Of a DNA stretch of 64,000 nt, positions 11,015 through 24,469 are shown piece by piece. The position numbers were made by a program, and so were the translations under genes. This stretch comes from Okamejei kenojei. Lineage: Eukaryota. How positions within the stretch are numbered: position 1 is the first letter of the stretch; the number at the start of each line of letters is the position of its first letter. The stretch lies in contig CM069144.1 of NCBI GenBank assembly GCA_035221665.1, forward strand, positions 39,308,001 to 39,372,000, in the 5' to 3' direction. The notes beneath the pieces were generated by a model. It was not told where the DNA came from, searched no databases, and saw nothing but the letters and a program-made list of their open reading frames with translations.

Positions 11015-13599
11015 GTAAGTAGATCAACAAGTATACAAACCTCGCATCCACCGCTTCAGGACCTCTACAGATTGGCTCCTAGTATGATTTATTCGGCAAG
11101 TTATCCTTCATAAGGGCCTCCTCGGAGTAAAGCTTCCAGACTCTGAACTACAATTGAATTAATTACATTTGTGATTTTCTAAATAGACATTTAAATAATT
11201 TAACACCTATCTTAAATTAAATAGATTAAATCACAACTGTCACTTTGAACAGCCAAGTTCAAGATTAGCAACTATTAAGAATGACAACTTTACAGATTGC
11301 TGGAGTTAATTTATTTATTGAAACATCTTTATCAAAACCCTGAGCTAGTTCAGAGAATAGAATGAAAAGTTGCAATAATGTTGTGATTGTAATAGGGCTG
11401 ATGTTCAAAATCTTGACCATCATTTCTAGTCTTTGGATTATGGGTAGTGAAGAACTTGACGTTTCAGTTCTATTAATGTTGGAAACTTCTAGACAACGTC
11501 ATTGGATTGAAGAATTTTGTTTAAATGTTTATGTTTTGTGATGGCAGGTAATGGATTGAAGTACGTACAAAATTATGTGCTGTACAATGGCAGCTGACTT
11601 TTACGAACTGTATTGTCGATAACTCATTGATTCGTACAAACTTTTTCAAAATGTTCATCCAGTGTTTCAAAGTAGTCCAGGTGAATGGGTTGAAAATGTG
11701 CAAATGTCTGTTGCAAGGGAAGTGCGCTGAAAATGACCAGCAAAGAGGGAAATGTGACACTTGAAGGTGTGGGTTAACTTATTAATAATGCAGGAATCTT
11801 AGTCAAATTGTTCTCTCTTGAAAGAGAAGCTGTCTTCTTCAAATGAAACAAAAGTATGCGGTCTCCCCAAATCATGGAGTAGTCCCGGATGCGTTCAGCT
11901 GCTAAAAGACAGCCTCAAAATAACATGTTCAGTTTCCTGGACTGTTTATTTGAAGCTCAAACACTGCTAATTTTCAACATTTTTGGGGGATAAAAGGAAC
12001 TGTTTACATGCCATTTCTGCAAGCATACGACGCTGTTGTTTTTTCACTTGATTCTTTCCTTTCTTGAAGTACACAAGCTGTAGAATAGAATTGTCAAATC
12101 TGTGTTTGGGGAAATCACAGTCGATGGTAATCCAGCAGAAAGTACTTGTCCATCGTCATAACACAGCTATTCACTCAGGGGGGACACAGCTTACTGATGT
12201 GTTACACCCTTCTTAAATGTTTGATGTGTAAAGGTGACAATGAGAATTCACTGAATTCTTTAATCCTGCTTCTGCAAAAGCAAGTAAGGACACAGATACT
12301 GAGAAAATGATGAAGAATCTTTGAGTTAAATTCATTTATGAATCTCTACCTTTTTTTGCAATTTGTGGTTATGTGCATAACTTGATGAAAATTCCAAGTC
12401 ATTGTTGAACAGAATTGCTAAATTATTGAATAATTTGAATTGTGAAGGAAGCCACACCAAAATGGAAAATTTGATATAAAAAATATGAAGTGAATTTTCA
12501 TCTGCAACTTTGTTCTTGAAATTTTGCAAAACTCTTCCATTATTGGAAGAATTAAATATGTAAGGAAAAATTGCCTGCAGGATCTAATACACTCTTCTTC
12601 CGGGCACTTATCAGGAAGGGGTTGCATCGAGGAAGGTTTGTATTGTCATTAGGAAGCTTCTCCAAGTAAGAATTCTGTTCGGAAAGATTTGTAACGAATA
12701 TGAGCAAGGACACACAAGTGTGCTTCAAATCAGTAAGCAATATGAAGGAAATATTATGTAAAAGCACTTAAGATTAATTTCTTCAGCACAGCAGACCTTC
12801 AGGGTTTGGCTCACAAACCAGCTGACTGGGACCACAACTTGTATGCCTCTAATTTCCATGTGCATCCTTAGATATGCAACAGTCTATCTTTGACAAAGCA
12901 CCTAGGCCATATTATATGATTTATTCATTCGTGACTAGACAGATTGTTTTATTTTATGAAACTAATGGCTGCAGGGAGCTGCAACGAGTGAGAGATATTT
13001 CCAAACTGTGGAGACTTTAGGAGAAGCTGCTTCATCAGTTTAAATAATATATCAGTATCTTCAGATGCAAAGCCTGGTCCTGAGATATGTAATAAATATA
13101 GACAAGAGCAAAGATGCCATATAATCACATTGGTGAAATGTTAGTAACACTATTTTACTGGTGCTTTTTAAACACTCTGTGCATTAGGCATGGATCTTCG
13201 CTCAGCCACTGCAAGGAGTTAACTGTGCAGTTGAGGCCTGGATTCCTGATGTGCTCTGGATTTCCAACACATTGGCAATTACAAACTATTTTGATCACCA
13301 GCTGAGAGAGGTTGAGTATTCTACCTAATTGCAGTGTTCAATCAGGCTAAAGAGAACAAAGTTAAACCCTCACCTAGGCTGCATGTTGCTGCTCTTTAAT
13401 GTTGATCAAAGCACTGTCGTAGTCTAGGGAAGTAATTTATGGGGGTTAGTAATTCCCCACCTGTCCAGTGTCTCTGACAGTCCTTATGGGAATGCAGTGC
13501 AAAGGTTATCAGGACTTATGGTAGTTGTGAATCAAGTACTAGGTAAAACCCTGGTCCTTCCATAAAGTATATTTAGCAGGCTAGTTATAGTGATCCTGG

Positions 13600-13653
13600 A
13601 AAGGCACAAAGTGCTGGACTAACTCAATGGATCAGGCAGCAACCCTTCTTCAG
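13600..13653 (-). mobile_element. Internally deleted Penelope-derived unit
   Basis: cacaaagtgctggactaactcaatggatcaggcagc joined directly to acccttcttcag. Confidence 0.7.
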
Positions 13654-13904
13654 TAGTGTCCCTGTTGGTCACAATTGAATTGTATAAAGTTATTTTTCAA
13701 TTTGCTTTTGACAGAACTCTAATGGATTGAGGGGTGGAGCTGGCAATGCTGTGCCGAGGACAGATGTAGGGGAAAAGGAGTGACAGTTAAACCTACGAGA
13801 GATCAGAGAGTCTTGCATCAGTAGTGGGAACATTATTAGAAGGGATTCTGAGAAACAAGATTTATTTTTGCTTAGCAAAGGAAGAACTGAATAGAGATAG
13901 TCAG

Positions 13905-14560
13905 CACCTTCTCAACACTGATGATCCTCAGATTTGTGTTCTCTGTGCCTTGCTCCTCTCCCTGTATGCCCATGGCTGTATGGCCAAGAATAACTTTGTT
14001 ATTAGGTCAATCTTTATGTTCGCCATTGTTGCCGGATGGATATACAACAATGATGAGACAAAGTACAGGAAATAGATTCAAAACCTGTGTCATGGAGTCA
14101 GGACAACTTCCTGGCCATTAATGGCAGCAAGACAAGAGAATTGTTTGTTCATCTAAGGAAGTGGAAGAGGTGAACAACCCTGTCCTCATCAACAACTGCT
14201 ATGGAGATGGTAAGCAGCTTCAAAGTCCTCAGCATCCACATCACATCAACCTGGTCCCTTCACATTGATGCAGTGATCAAGAAAGCAGACCAGCTTTATC
14301 TTGGGCGCCTATGAAGATTCAACATGTCCACAATGATTCTCTTGAACTACTACAGATGCGGGATATAAAGTATTCTGGTGGAATGCATCTCAGCTTGCTT
14401 TGGCAACTGCTATGCTCTTGACTGCCTGAACCTGCAGAGAGCAGTGGATGCAGCCTAGTCCATCACAGGCTCGTCACTTCCTTCTATCCAGTGCATGTTT
14501 ACAGTGTATTGCACCAGGAAGGCTGGAAGTTAAGTTCGATCTGCCATTTATTTTCCCACT
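13905..14560 (+). mobile_element. Old Rex1/Babar-like LINE RT and C-terminal fragment
   Basis: Degenerate LCALLLSLYAHGC..IYNNDETKYR..EMVSSFKVLSIHI..ILLNYYRC..SIL..CISACFGNC..LQRAVDAA. Confidence 0.65.
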
Positions 14561-14574
14561 GTCCACATTATCAT

Positions 14575-14780
14575 CAAGAGTAGTTGGTATCTAGACTGTA
14601 CAGCCAGAGGAGGTGGTAGAGGCAGGAACAGTAATGACATCTCAGAGGCATCTGGACAGGTACTTGAGTGAGCAAGGCCTTGCAGGTTATAGAATTAATA
14701 CATGCAAGCAAGATTTAGGTAGGCAAGCTGGTTAGCATAGACACAATAGACCAAAGGGCCTGTTTCTATGCTGTATATCT
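14575..14780 (+). mobile_element. Old CR1 3' tail; a second similar tail lies at about 15090-15240
   Basis: gccagaggaggtggtagaggcagg..aggcatctggacaggtac..ccaaagggcctgtttctatgctgtat. Confidence 0.65.
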
Positions 14781-15274
14781 ATATGATCCACATCACTTAG
14801 TGTACTTCCCATTTGTAAGTGCTCTGGGGATGAACGTTAAAGCAGAGGGGCCTCTCTCTGTGTGATCCACATCTCAAAGTAAATAGAGAAAAATAATATC
14901 TTAGAGACCATTTTCTGGCGAAATTGGTATGTGCAGTCGCTCTTTTGTTTTGAGAGGCGTGGCTCCCAACATTTCAGATCTTGCCCAGTGCACCTAAAGC
15001 TGCTGAAAGCAAAATAAAGAAACTTGCATTTATGAATTGTCCTTTGCAGCCCTTTCAGGATGTTCCAAAGCACTTGACATTTCTAAAGTAGAATCAGGAA
15101 CAGTAACAACAAACAAGAGGCATCTGGACAGATTCTGAACGAACAGGCATAGAGGGTACAAGGCATAGATGGTGGTGTGGAATTGTTATAGATCATGATG
15201 ATCAGCATAGATGCAATGGGCCGAAGGGCCTGTATCTACGTTTCCAAAGGGAGTGTAGATGGTACTAACATTCA

Positions 15275-15440
15275 TATGAGATGTTAAACCTCGATCTCAT
15301 CAGCCATTTTGGGTACAAATAACAGACTTCCTGGCACTGTTATTTAAAGCATCCCTTATCCTAGTGTTCGGGGGAACATGTATGTCTCAATATAACCCAA
15401 ACTAAGTGAATATCACATTGCCTTTCGTAGCAAACTATCT
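15275..15440 (+). mobile_element. Deu-domain SINE remnant; a minus-strand tail lies at about 15012-15075
   Basis: atgagatgttaaacc..cctggcact..atcacattgc resembles the Deu domain, as in the copy at 33220. Confidence 0.45.
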
Positions 15441-15799
15441 TAATGTTCCTGTGTACTATATTACCTCCAATAAACTAATCCCAATAGTAATGCATTAAAA
15501 TGTCACCCTAGGCTTTTGTAATCTGGTCTTTCGATTCTTGCTTGGACCTAGAAGAGTTGAAAGCAATACCACAGAGCAACAAAGAGAACGGAGAAAGTAT
15601 TGTTCCAAATAATATTTTAGATTTTGAAATATTTGCAATGATTAATATCCAAACCCTTGACCAAGAAGTTTGGTTGCTTTGAAGGCTCTTTTAGTGAGTG
15701 AAGCTTTGGCACACCTGTCAGATTAAACCTTTCCTTCCTTTTTTAAAAAATTGCCATTCATTCTATTTTGGTGCCCTTGTGATATTTAAAAGCAGTTAG

Positions 15800-16930
15800 G
15801 ACCGCTGGATACAAAAAAGGCGAGAGGACCAGACAACATCCTGACTGTAGCACTGAATAGCGGCTCATGGCCCAACCAATCTGTTCCAATACAGTTACAA
15901 TACTGGCATCTATCCGACAATGTGAAACGTTGTCCAATTATGACCTGTTCACAAAAAGCAGGACAAATCGAATCTTGCTAACTACCTGCCTATCAGTCTA
16001 ATCTTCGTTATCAGCAAGGTGATATCTACTATACATGATAGTTACTTACCAATAACTTGCTTGCTGATGCACAGTTTTGGTTTTGCTAATGCTGATCTGT
16101 TCCAGGCCTCATTGGCATCCTTGGTCCAGACACAGACCAGAGAGCTGAATTACAACAGTGAGAAAGGAGTGACAGTCCTCCACATCCCCACGGGCTTGTT
16201 GTCGCCACATTTGACAAAATGTGTTCCATGGAATTACAATCACTGTATACACCACCATCAGTCTCATAGGGATCACCTTTGATCTGAAACTCAATGGGAC
16301 TAGTGACATAAATATTTGTGGGTGTTCGGTAAGCTTTGGCAAATGTTTTGGACCCGACATCCCTAATGGCCATTCACAATCTGTAGGTCAAGAGTGTAAT
16401 GGGCTTCTCTCCCCATTGGCCAGGTGAGCACAATTCCAGCAACTCTCGAGCTCAACACCATCTAGACAAACCAGCCCACTTGTGTTTGGCTTTTAGGTTT
16501 AGGTTTATTACTGTCATGTGTACCAAGGTACAGGGAAAAGCATTGTTTTCCATGCTATCCAATCAGAACAGATAATACTATACCTAAATACAATTAAGTC
16601 AAACCTGGGTACAGTAGGTAATGCCTGGTCTGGTGATGCGTTGGGCTACATCTACAACTCTGCAATTTCTTGATTCCCATCTACCACTCTAAAATGTGTT
16701 CCCTCCACCATTAGCACGAAGACTCTTCAGTCTGTACCTGCTACAAAAATCAGTGCAGTCATTTTCCCAGGACCAATAACACCTCCAAATCTGCATTCTC
16801 TATGATCATGAAGCACCAGGGCTTCAGGCAGATTGGGATGCAACCACCAACAAATTCCCCTCCAAGTTGCATACCATCCTCAGAAATACATTACTGTTCC
16901 TTCATCACCACAAGGTCCAAATCAGTCATA
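15800..16930 (+). mobile_element. Ancient CR1/L2-type LINE RT fragment, with a nested minus-strand LINE tail at about 16490-16670
   Basis: Degenerate GPDNI..LFQYSYNTGIYPTM..PVHKKQDKSNLANYLPISL and later AFD-type motifs. Confidence 0.7.
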
Positions 16931-18669
16931 ACAACAGATAATTCAGGAAGCCCAGGGTCACCCCTATGGACTGAATGTAGATAATCCCCAAATAGGTCAC
17001 CCAATCTGCGCTTGATCTATGATGAATAGGTTTTAGTACTTCAATCTCCTTACAGTCGAGGTAAAAATGGATTATAGTTGCCTCCTAATTGCTTTCTGTA
17101 TGGAGGTAATACTTTTGTACTTCATGAACCAGCACACCCAAATTTTTTTGTTTCACACCATTTTAAAAAAAAAGGCTGTTTCACATTATCTTTCTCATTC
17201 TCTGGCATGTATATATACTTGACCTATATCCCTCAGCAGCATCTGCATCTTTCTCGAAGCTCATTCTCCCTCCCAGTTTTGTATCATTGGCAACCTTGAT
17301 GTCACAGAATATTTCACTAAAACCTGGGCCTAGTACTGATTATTGACACACTACAGGAATAGGCTGCCAACTTGAAAAATACCAGATTGGTCCCACTTTT
17401 TTTTGTGCTTTAACCAATTATCCATGCTCGGTGATGAAGTCCACACGTATTATATTACGAGCCTTTCTATGTCATTTCATGCATTTTGAAAATTGAGATG
17501 TAATATATCTGCTGGTTCCTCCTCTTATCTTGCGATTTACATTCTCAATTAAAATTCATTTGTCAAACACATTTGTTGAAATCATGCGAACTCTGTCGAA
17601 TCTTATTTCTCTCCCCTCTGAGTTGTGGTGGTAAATTTGCTACTTTCAATTGCACATGACCTGTTATAAAAATTAGGGCATTTTGGATAATCCTCATGAA
17701 CCCATTGTTCCCTCTGCATGTCTTGGTGTAGTGTCCTCGATGTAGGCCCACCAGGCTTGGGGCTCTTTCAAATGTTGGTGTTCTGAATTTCTCAGATGCT
17801 TTTTCTGGACTACTGGCAATATGCCATTTATTTTATTCATAGGTAAACCCTTTAGTTATAGTTTCCATTTTGAGATGAAGTGCGAAGCGTTGGGATGGCA
17901 ACAGAGGGTCTGTGCAGCTTTAAAAATCAAGGTGATTTGGTTAGAAAGTTGACAAGTAAAGTAAAGTTGAGGAATAGATATACCTGGCAACCCAGTGTCC
18001 CTGGCTGTAACGCTGTTGACTGTCTACGCGAATCCCTGGGGCGACCCAAATTCCTTAAAAACAGCGGCTGGTGATATATTTGACGTTTATGGGAGCTGCA
18101 TATATTACCCTTGAGCATGAGCAAGTGAGGCTTGCATTCGGGAAAGGTTAGGAACAACTGGTTTAAACTCCTGTTCCTGGTACATTTTTGTCATCTTTTG
18201 TGAAAATTTATATAAAATGTTGTTTTATTCCTCGTCCATATTGGCCTAGGTAACACCTGCACTAGACATGCAAACCTAGACTAAACTCTGGTGCTCTAAA
18301 TCAACTTGCTCTCTCAGAATGCTGCTCTCTAAATCTTTGTTCAGAAGCTATAGTTCTTGAAGTTGTTTTCTTCACGAAGCATTGTGGTGGGTGGATTTTC
18401 TTGTTGCATGTGGTGTGAACATGAATGCCTGGTTGGTTACAGCCCTCCTCTTATCATGCTCTGAGCAAACCTGCACAATGGTATTTCTCTTAATTCCACT
18501 CCTGGGGACTCCCGTTGTTGATCATTGGGCAGATTGGTGCAGGTGGCAAGGGAGGACGGGGTGGAACAGTGTCACTTTTAATTTAATCCTGTATTGTTGC
18601 TCATTCAATTACTGCGAAAAGACTCAGTTCAAATGGGCTACTCCAAAATGGCACAAAGTGCATGATGCC

Positions 18670-19145
18670 TTCATAGAACATAGGACAAGAACAGACCCGT
18701 CAGCTCAAGATTGTACTGACTATGATGCCAAATACAACTGATCCCATTTGCCAGCACATGAATCCCTCCAATACCGGAATATTCATGTGCCTGTCTGAAA
18801 GCCTACTAAACATCACTATCACATCTGCTTCTACCCTTTCCCTCGTCAGCAAGTTCCAGGCTGCTACGACTCTCTGTAACAAAAAGAACTTGTGTCTCAC
18901 ATCTCCTTTAAACGTCTCTTTCTCACCTATCTATGCCACTGATAATTTTATAAACTTCTATCAGGCCTCCCCTCATTCTCTGATGCTCTAAAGAAAACAA
19001 TCCAAGTTTGTCCAATCTCTCCTCATAGCCAATACTGTTTAAACCAGGCAGCATTCATGTGAACCTTTTTTGTACCCTCGTCAAAGCCTCCACATCCTTT
19101 CTACAATGGGATGACCAGAACTGCACACAATACTCCCAAAGTGTC
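18670..19145 (-). mobile_element. Old CR1 3' end
   Basis: Minus strand reads [22 protein letters not shown]. Confidence 0.75.
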
Positions 19146-19779
19146 TTTAGGGTCCAGTTCTTCATTTAATGGGATGCATCTTGAACCCTTTTTCCCCAAC
19201 AATTTTTATTTTAACATGGTTACTTGTAGAAATTGAGTATTGTTACTGAATATTTGAAAACTCCATGCTCTATGCTGACCAACAACTTGTATATAACATG
19301 TTTTAATGGGGCTGGCGATCTTGTGACTTTAAAGATATCAAAGTCATGAGTGATCAAATATTTCCCAGAAAGCCTTGATACATCATTGTGGGAGCTGTGT
19401 CTTATTCCAAGTAAAACCATATTCTGATGAAACGTGCATTTGAGTAATTACTAAAATATCTTTTCCCACAAAGTTCCTTGTTTGTTTGCAGCGCTGCAGG
19501 CGAACAGCTAGTATACTTGCTGCCTCATTAATGGATCTCTGTCCCCCAAGGTTCTGGAAACGTGCTGTAGGGTTAAGCCCAGCATTATGATAAGATGCTG
19601 ATAGTTTCCCGATTGCACAATGCATATAATGATATGTGGTGATCTGTGATTACTTGTTAGTAAATGCTTACTGTTGGCTAGATCTGAAATATTTTGGAAA
19701 AACCAAATGCTGAACTCTTCATCAGTGAACATATGAAACTCAAAAGAAATTCATGACAGTTACACACCCAAAGCTGTAC

Positions 19780-21170
19780 ACACTGTCTATATGGACTTCA
19801 GCAAGGCATTTGATAAGGTTCTGTGTGGTAGACTGCTCTGAAATATTAGATCACATGGGATCAAGGAGAGCTTGAAACATAGAAACATAGAAAATAGGTG
19901 CAGGAGTAGGCCATTCGGCCCTTTGAGCCTGCACCGCCATTCAATATGATCATGGCTGATCTGGAGACTGGATAGAGAATTGGCTTCATTGAAGTATGCC
20001 GAGGGTGATGGTGGAAGATTGTTTTTCAAACTGAAGGCCTATGATTAGTGGTGTGCCTTAGGAATTGGACCCATTGCTGTTTGTTGTTTATCTCAACGAA
20101 TTGGGTGTGAATGTGGAAGGAATGATTGGTAAGTTTGCAGATTACACTAAATTTGGCGGGATTGTAGATAGTGATGATGGTTATCAAAATTACTGCTTGA
20201 TCAGTTAGACAAGTGAGCCGAGGAATGGTTAATGGAGTTTAATGCAGATAAGTGCAAGATGTTGCATTTTTGGAAGTGAGGCCAAGGCAGGACCTTCACA
20301 GTGAATGGCAGGCCCCTGGGGAGTTTTGGAGAGCAGAGAATTTAGAGGTGCAGATACATAGTTCCCTGGAAGTGGCGTCACAGGTAGATACGGTGGTCAA
20401 GAAAGCTTTCAGCACATTGGCCTTCATCAGTCAGAGTATTGAGTATAGGATGTTATGTTACATGTGTAGGAAGGAACTGCAGATGCTGTCTTAAACCGAA
20501 GATAGACACAAAAAAAGTGGTGTAACTCTGCGGGTCACAGCATCTCTGGAGAAAATGAATAGGTGACATTTAGGGTCGAGACCATTCTTCAGACTGTGAA
20601 TGTCAGACTGTGAACTGTTATGTTACGGTTGTACAAGATGTTGGTGAGGCCACATTTGGAGTATTGTGTTCAGTTTTGGTCACCCGGCTATAGGAAGGAT
20701 GTTGTTTAGCTCTAAAGAATGCGGCAAAGGTTTACAAGGATGTTGCAAGGACTTGAGAGCAGAGCTAATAGAAGAGATTGGGAAAACTTTATTCCTTGGG
20801 GCACATGAGCCTAAGGGGTGATGTTTTAGAGGTGTATAAGATCACAAGACGAAGAGACAGGATGAATTATCCAGGCTAGGGGAATCAAGAACCAGAGGAC
20901 TTGGGTTTATGGTAAGAGGGGAAAGAGTTAATGGGAACCTGAAGGACAACTTTTTCACACTGCGGGTGGTGGGTATTTGAAATGAGCTGCCAGAGGAGAT
21001 AGTTGAGGTAACTACTATAACAACATTTAAAAGACATTTGAACAGTATATGAATAGGAATGATTTAGAGGGATATTGGCCAAATGCAGGCAGGTGGGAAT
21101 AATGTATAAGGGGCGTGGTTGGTATGGGAAAGTTGGGCTGAAGGGCCTGTTTCCCTGCTGTATGACTCAA
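19780..21170 (+). mobile_element. Older CR1 RT and 3' end with two nested insertions
   Basis: [48 protein letters not shown]. Interrupted by a minus-strand CR1 tail (about 19874-19960) and a Penelope unit (20462-20615). Confidence 0.85.
20462..20615 (-). mobile_element. Penelope-derived unit with tail and 11-bp TSD, nested in CR1
   Basis: TGTTATGTTAC at 20451-20461 and 20616-20626. Body runs aaggaactgcagatgctg..gggtcgagaccattcttcagact. Confidence 0.8.
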
Positions 21171-23185
21171 TGGCTATGTCTGAAACCAACTGATACCAGA
21201 CATAACATGATGATTAAATATTTTATATATCACTGAGATGATATGATGCTGTGAATTAGGGAGGAAGAAGCAGGAAATATCTGAGAGTTTCAGGTTATGT
21301 GACAACCTGTAAATCGGGTTAGATGGCCTTGTTGCATTCAGATTTTATTTTACTTACTTACCTGACATGATAAAATTGACATACTTGACAATTTGTGGGC
21401 ACTATCACATCTGTAGCATTAATCATAATTGGCTGACTTAATGAATGACCAAGTATTAACGATCCTGAAATAATCCCTGTTGTTAATGTGCATGATGTGA
21501 CATTACTGGTAATACACACATTATAGGTTCCCAAATTGGGAGTGGCATTGCTATTGTAAGATCACTTCTTACTATCATGACCTGAGAACTTTGAATTTTT
21601 CCAGCGTATTCCTTTCAGATCATCTTTCATCAAATAAAGATCTCTGGGCTTTCCAGTGGACAGATTGCCCTGAGCTTCGTTAAATTCTATTCTTACTTTT
21701 CCAATTTGTCCATCTCCCTGCCGTACTACACCTATGCAAATGCTTCCAGCCACCAGAGACCCTGAATCTAAATAGTTACCAGAGGCAGCAGTGCTGTATG
21801 TCCTTGAAGCACTAAGCACTGGAGTTCCGAGCCTAATCTCACTATCGCTCACTTCTTTTAGCCAATTTTTTTATAATCTACCTCCAACCCCTCAATTTCA
21901 ACTCTATTAATAACATTCATGTGAGGCACCATTTTACCCTGTTGAGGTGTTGATTATGAAATGATATTGTTCGGCCTATATTTATTCTTCAAGCAGTGTT
22001 TTAAAAAGATCAATGGGCATTGCTGTGTTTGGGAATTGTTATGCCCAAATTGGCTACTGTATTTCCAAGATAATAGTTGTGATTTTGCTTTAACACGTGT
22101 TACTTTGGCAGTACAGCGCTCAGGAACAGCCTGAGTTTGCAAAAGGCATTCTATTAGTGCAAGTTTAGTCCTTCAGGTTGGTGTTTTTAGCCTCGGAGCC
22201 CTTACTCTGCCTGTCTACTTGAGGGTAATGCTGTGTGTTGGACAATGCAGTTGACAGGATTGGTTCCTTGTTATCATGGAACATTTGGAGATCTCACTGC
22301 CCTTTTTGTGTCAATGAATATGTTTTTTTATTCCAGCTTTTCATATATTCTTGACATTCTTTGCAGTCCCTGAGTTTGACCTTTAAGAATTTTTAATTTT
22401 TTTTTGTTTTGCTTTTGTAATCCTGGGTGTAAGAAGTAGAATGATTCATGGGGACAGGTGGTTGGGCTGAGAAATGATGATTATTCAGCCTGAGGCCAGC
22501 TTGTTGACTAAGTCTGTTTCATAGGCTAAACTGACTGAGTGTTCCACTTCATTTAATGTTGTGTTCATACTTTCCTTTGGCTGTTTTTACTTGGGAGTGT
22601 ACAATTCAGGGCACACAACTGATTGGTGAGACTTGTGTTTCTTGTGAACCAGTTGTGGTTTTGAGGGAAGCAGAACAAGGTGTGTCAGAGGTGCATGCAT
22701 GCAAGTTGTAATACACAGAGTTCACCAGTGAGCCCAGACACCGAGACTTGGGCAAAGCTGTAAAAGAGGCTTTCCCGTGATTAGAGACTGTCGGCTGTCA
22801 GCAAAAGGGCTGAAAATGAGTACGTGTTCCCATTCCAGGCTGGGAAATTAATAGTGCAGTGGGCTCGAAGGGAGGTGTGGAGGAAAGGACCACATCCAGA
22901 TCCGGTCAAGAACCTACCTGCTAATCAGACCCTTGCTAATGTGAATTGGTGACATTTTACTTTAAACAAAGTGTTTATTTTTCAAACAAATGTAACTTTA
23001 TTTTCAACTCACTAGCACCATGTATATCAATTGTTGTCCTACAAAACTTCCATCCTTAAATACTGTTTTGGCTGACTTATTAAAGAAGTCCAGTTATGCT
23101 AAAACAGTTTTGTACAACTGATTTTATCTAATCCTTTTACCTTTCTATATCCAGAAAGCACATAATCCATTCCAGTGAGAATATG

Positions 23186-24094
23186 TGTAAGAAGGTACTG
23201 CAGATGCTGGTTTAAACGAAAGATAGACACAAAAAGCTGGAGTAACTCAGCGCGACAGGCGGCAAGTCTGAAGAGAAGGAATGTGTGACGTTTCTGGTCG
23301 AGACCCTTCTTCGGACTGGTTAGGGATAAACACCTAATCCTCCAAAATTTCCGCCACCTCCAACGGGATCCCACCACTAGCCACATTTTCCCATCTCCAC
23401 CCCTTTCTGCCTTCCGCAGAGACCGTTCCCTCCGCAACTCCCTGGTTAACTCATCCCTTCCCACCCAAACTACCCCCTCCCCAGTACCTTCCCCTGCAAC
23501 CACAGAAGATGCAACACCTGTCGCTAGCCCTCCTCCCTCGACTCTGTTCAGAGACCCTGACAGTCCTTTCAGGTTAGGCAGAGGTTCACTTGCACCTCCT
23601 CCAACCTCATCTGCTGTATCCGTTGTTCAAGATGTGGGCTCCTATACATCGGCGAGACCAAACGCAGACTGGGCGATCGTTTTGCGGAACACCTTCGCTA
23701 AGCCCGCGTGAACCAACCTGATCTCCCAGTTGCTGGACACTTTAATTCTCCTTCCCCTTCCAACACAGACCTTTCTGTCCTCGGTCTCCTCCATTGTCGC
23801 AGTGAGGCTAAACGCAAATTGGAGGAACAGCATCTCATATTTTGCTTGGGCAGCTTATGGCCCAATGGTATGAATATTGATTTCTCTCACTTCAGCTCCC
23901 CCTCCCCCTCCCCCTGTCCTTTATCATCCTTACTTTTTTGCATATCATTCATTCTTCATTATCTCTCCACATCATTTCCCGTTTCCCTTATCCCTAACAG
24001 TCTGAAGAAGGGTCTCGACCCGAAACATCACCCATTCCTTCTCTCTAGAGATGCTGCCTGTCCCGCTGAGTTACTCCAGCTTTCTGTGTCTCTC
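23186..24094 (+). mobile_element. 5'-truncated Penelope-like element: inverted pLTR, GIY-YIG endonuclease remnant, direct pLTR; 15-bp TSD
   Basis: Reads RQRFTCTSSNLICCIRCSRCGLLYIGETKRRLGDRFAEHLR..PVAGHFN..EEQHLIF..LWPNGMN. 23186-23328 is an inverted copy of about 23985-24094. TCCAGTGAGAATATG occurs at 23171-23185 and 24095-24109. Confidence 0.92.
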
Positions 24095-24284
24095 TCCAGT
24101 GAGAATATGCCTGGTCTAGAACTCATGGAGTGAGGGAGTTGGGGAACGTAGGAACAACCTTCCTATGTTCCTGTTATTGTTACCTCCAGTGTAGCAAATG
24201 CCTGTCTGTGGGTCTAGCCAAGCTGAGTGGGCTTGGTTGTGGCTCTTTCAGCAAGTGAACATTGACCATCTCATTGAGACAGAT

Positions 24285-24410
24285 GAAAAGTTGAGTTCTG
24301 ATTAAGGTCTTTGATCTGAAACATTGATTGTTTCTCTCTCCTGGCCTACTGAGTGTTTCCAGCATTGTCTGCTTAATATCAGATTTTCATGATCTGCAGG
24401 TTTTTTTTCC
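24285..24410 (+). mobile_element. Old Penelope-derived unit
   Basis: CTGATTAAGGTCtttGATCTGAAAcatt..ctgagtgtttccagcatt..atctgcag. Confidence 0.6.
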
Positions 24411-24469
24411 CATTTTCATTTTCAGGGGTGTTGCAGCTTGAAATAATTTATGAATGTCGCACAGTAGAG

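Noticed and set aside
17985-18162. Possible hAT/Charlie remnant ending ggttaggaacaactg
   Set aside because: Only one plausible TIR and no TSD found.
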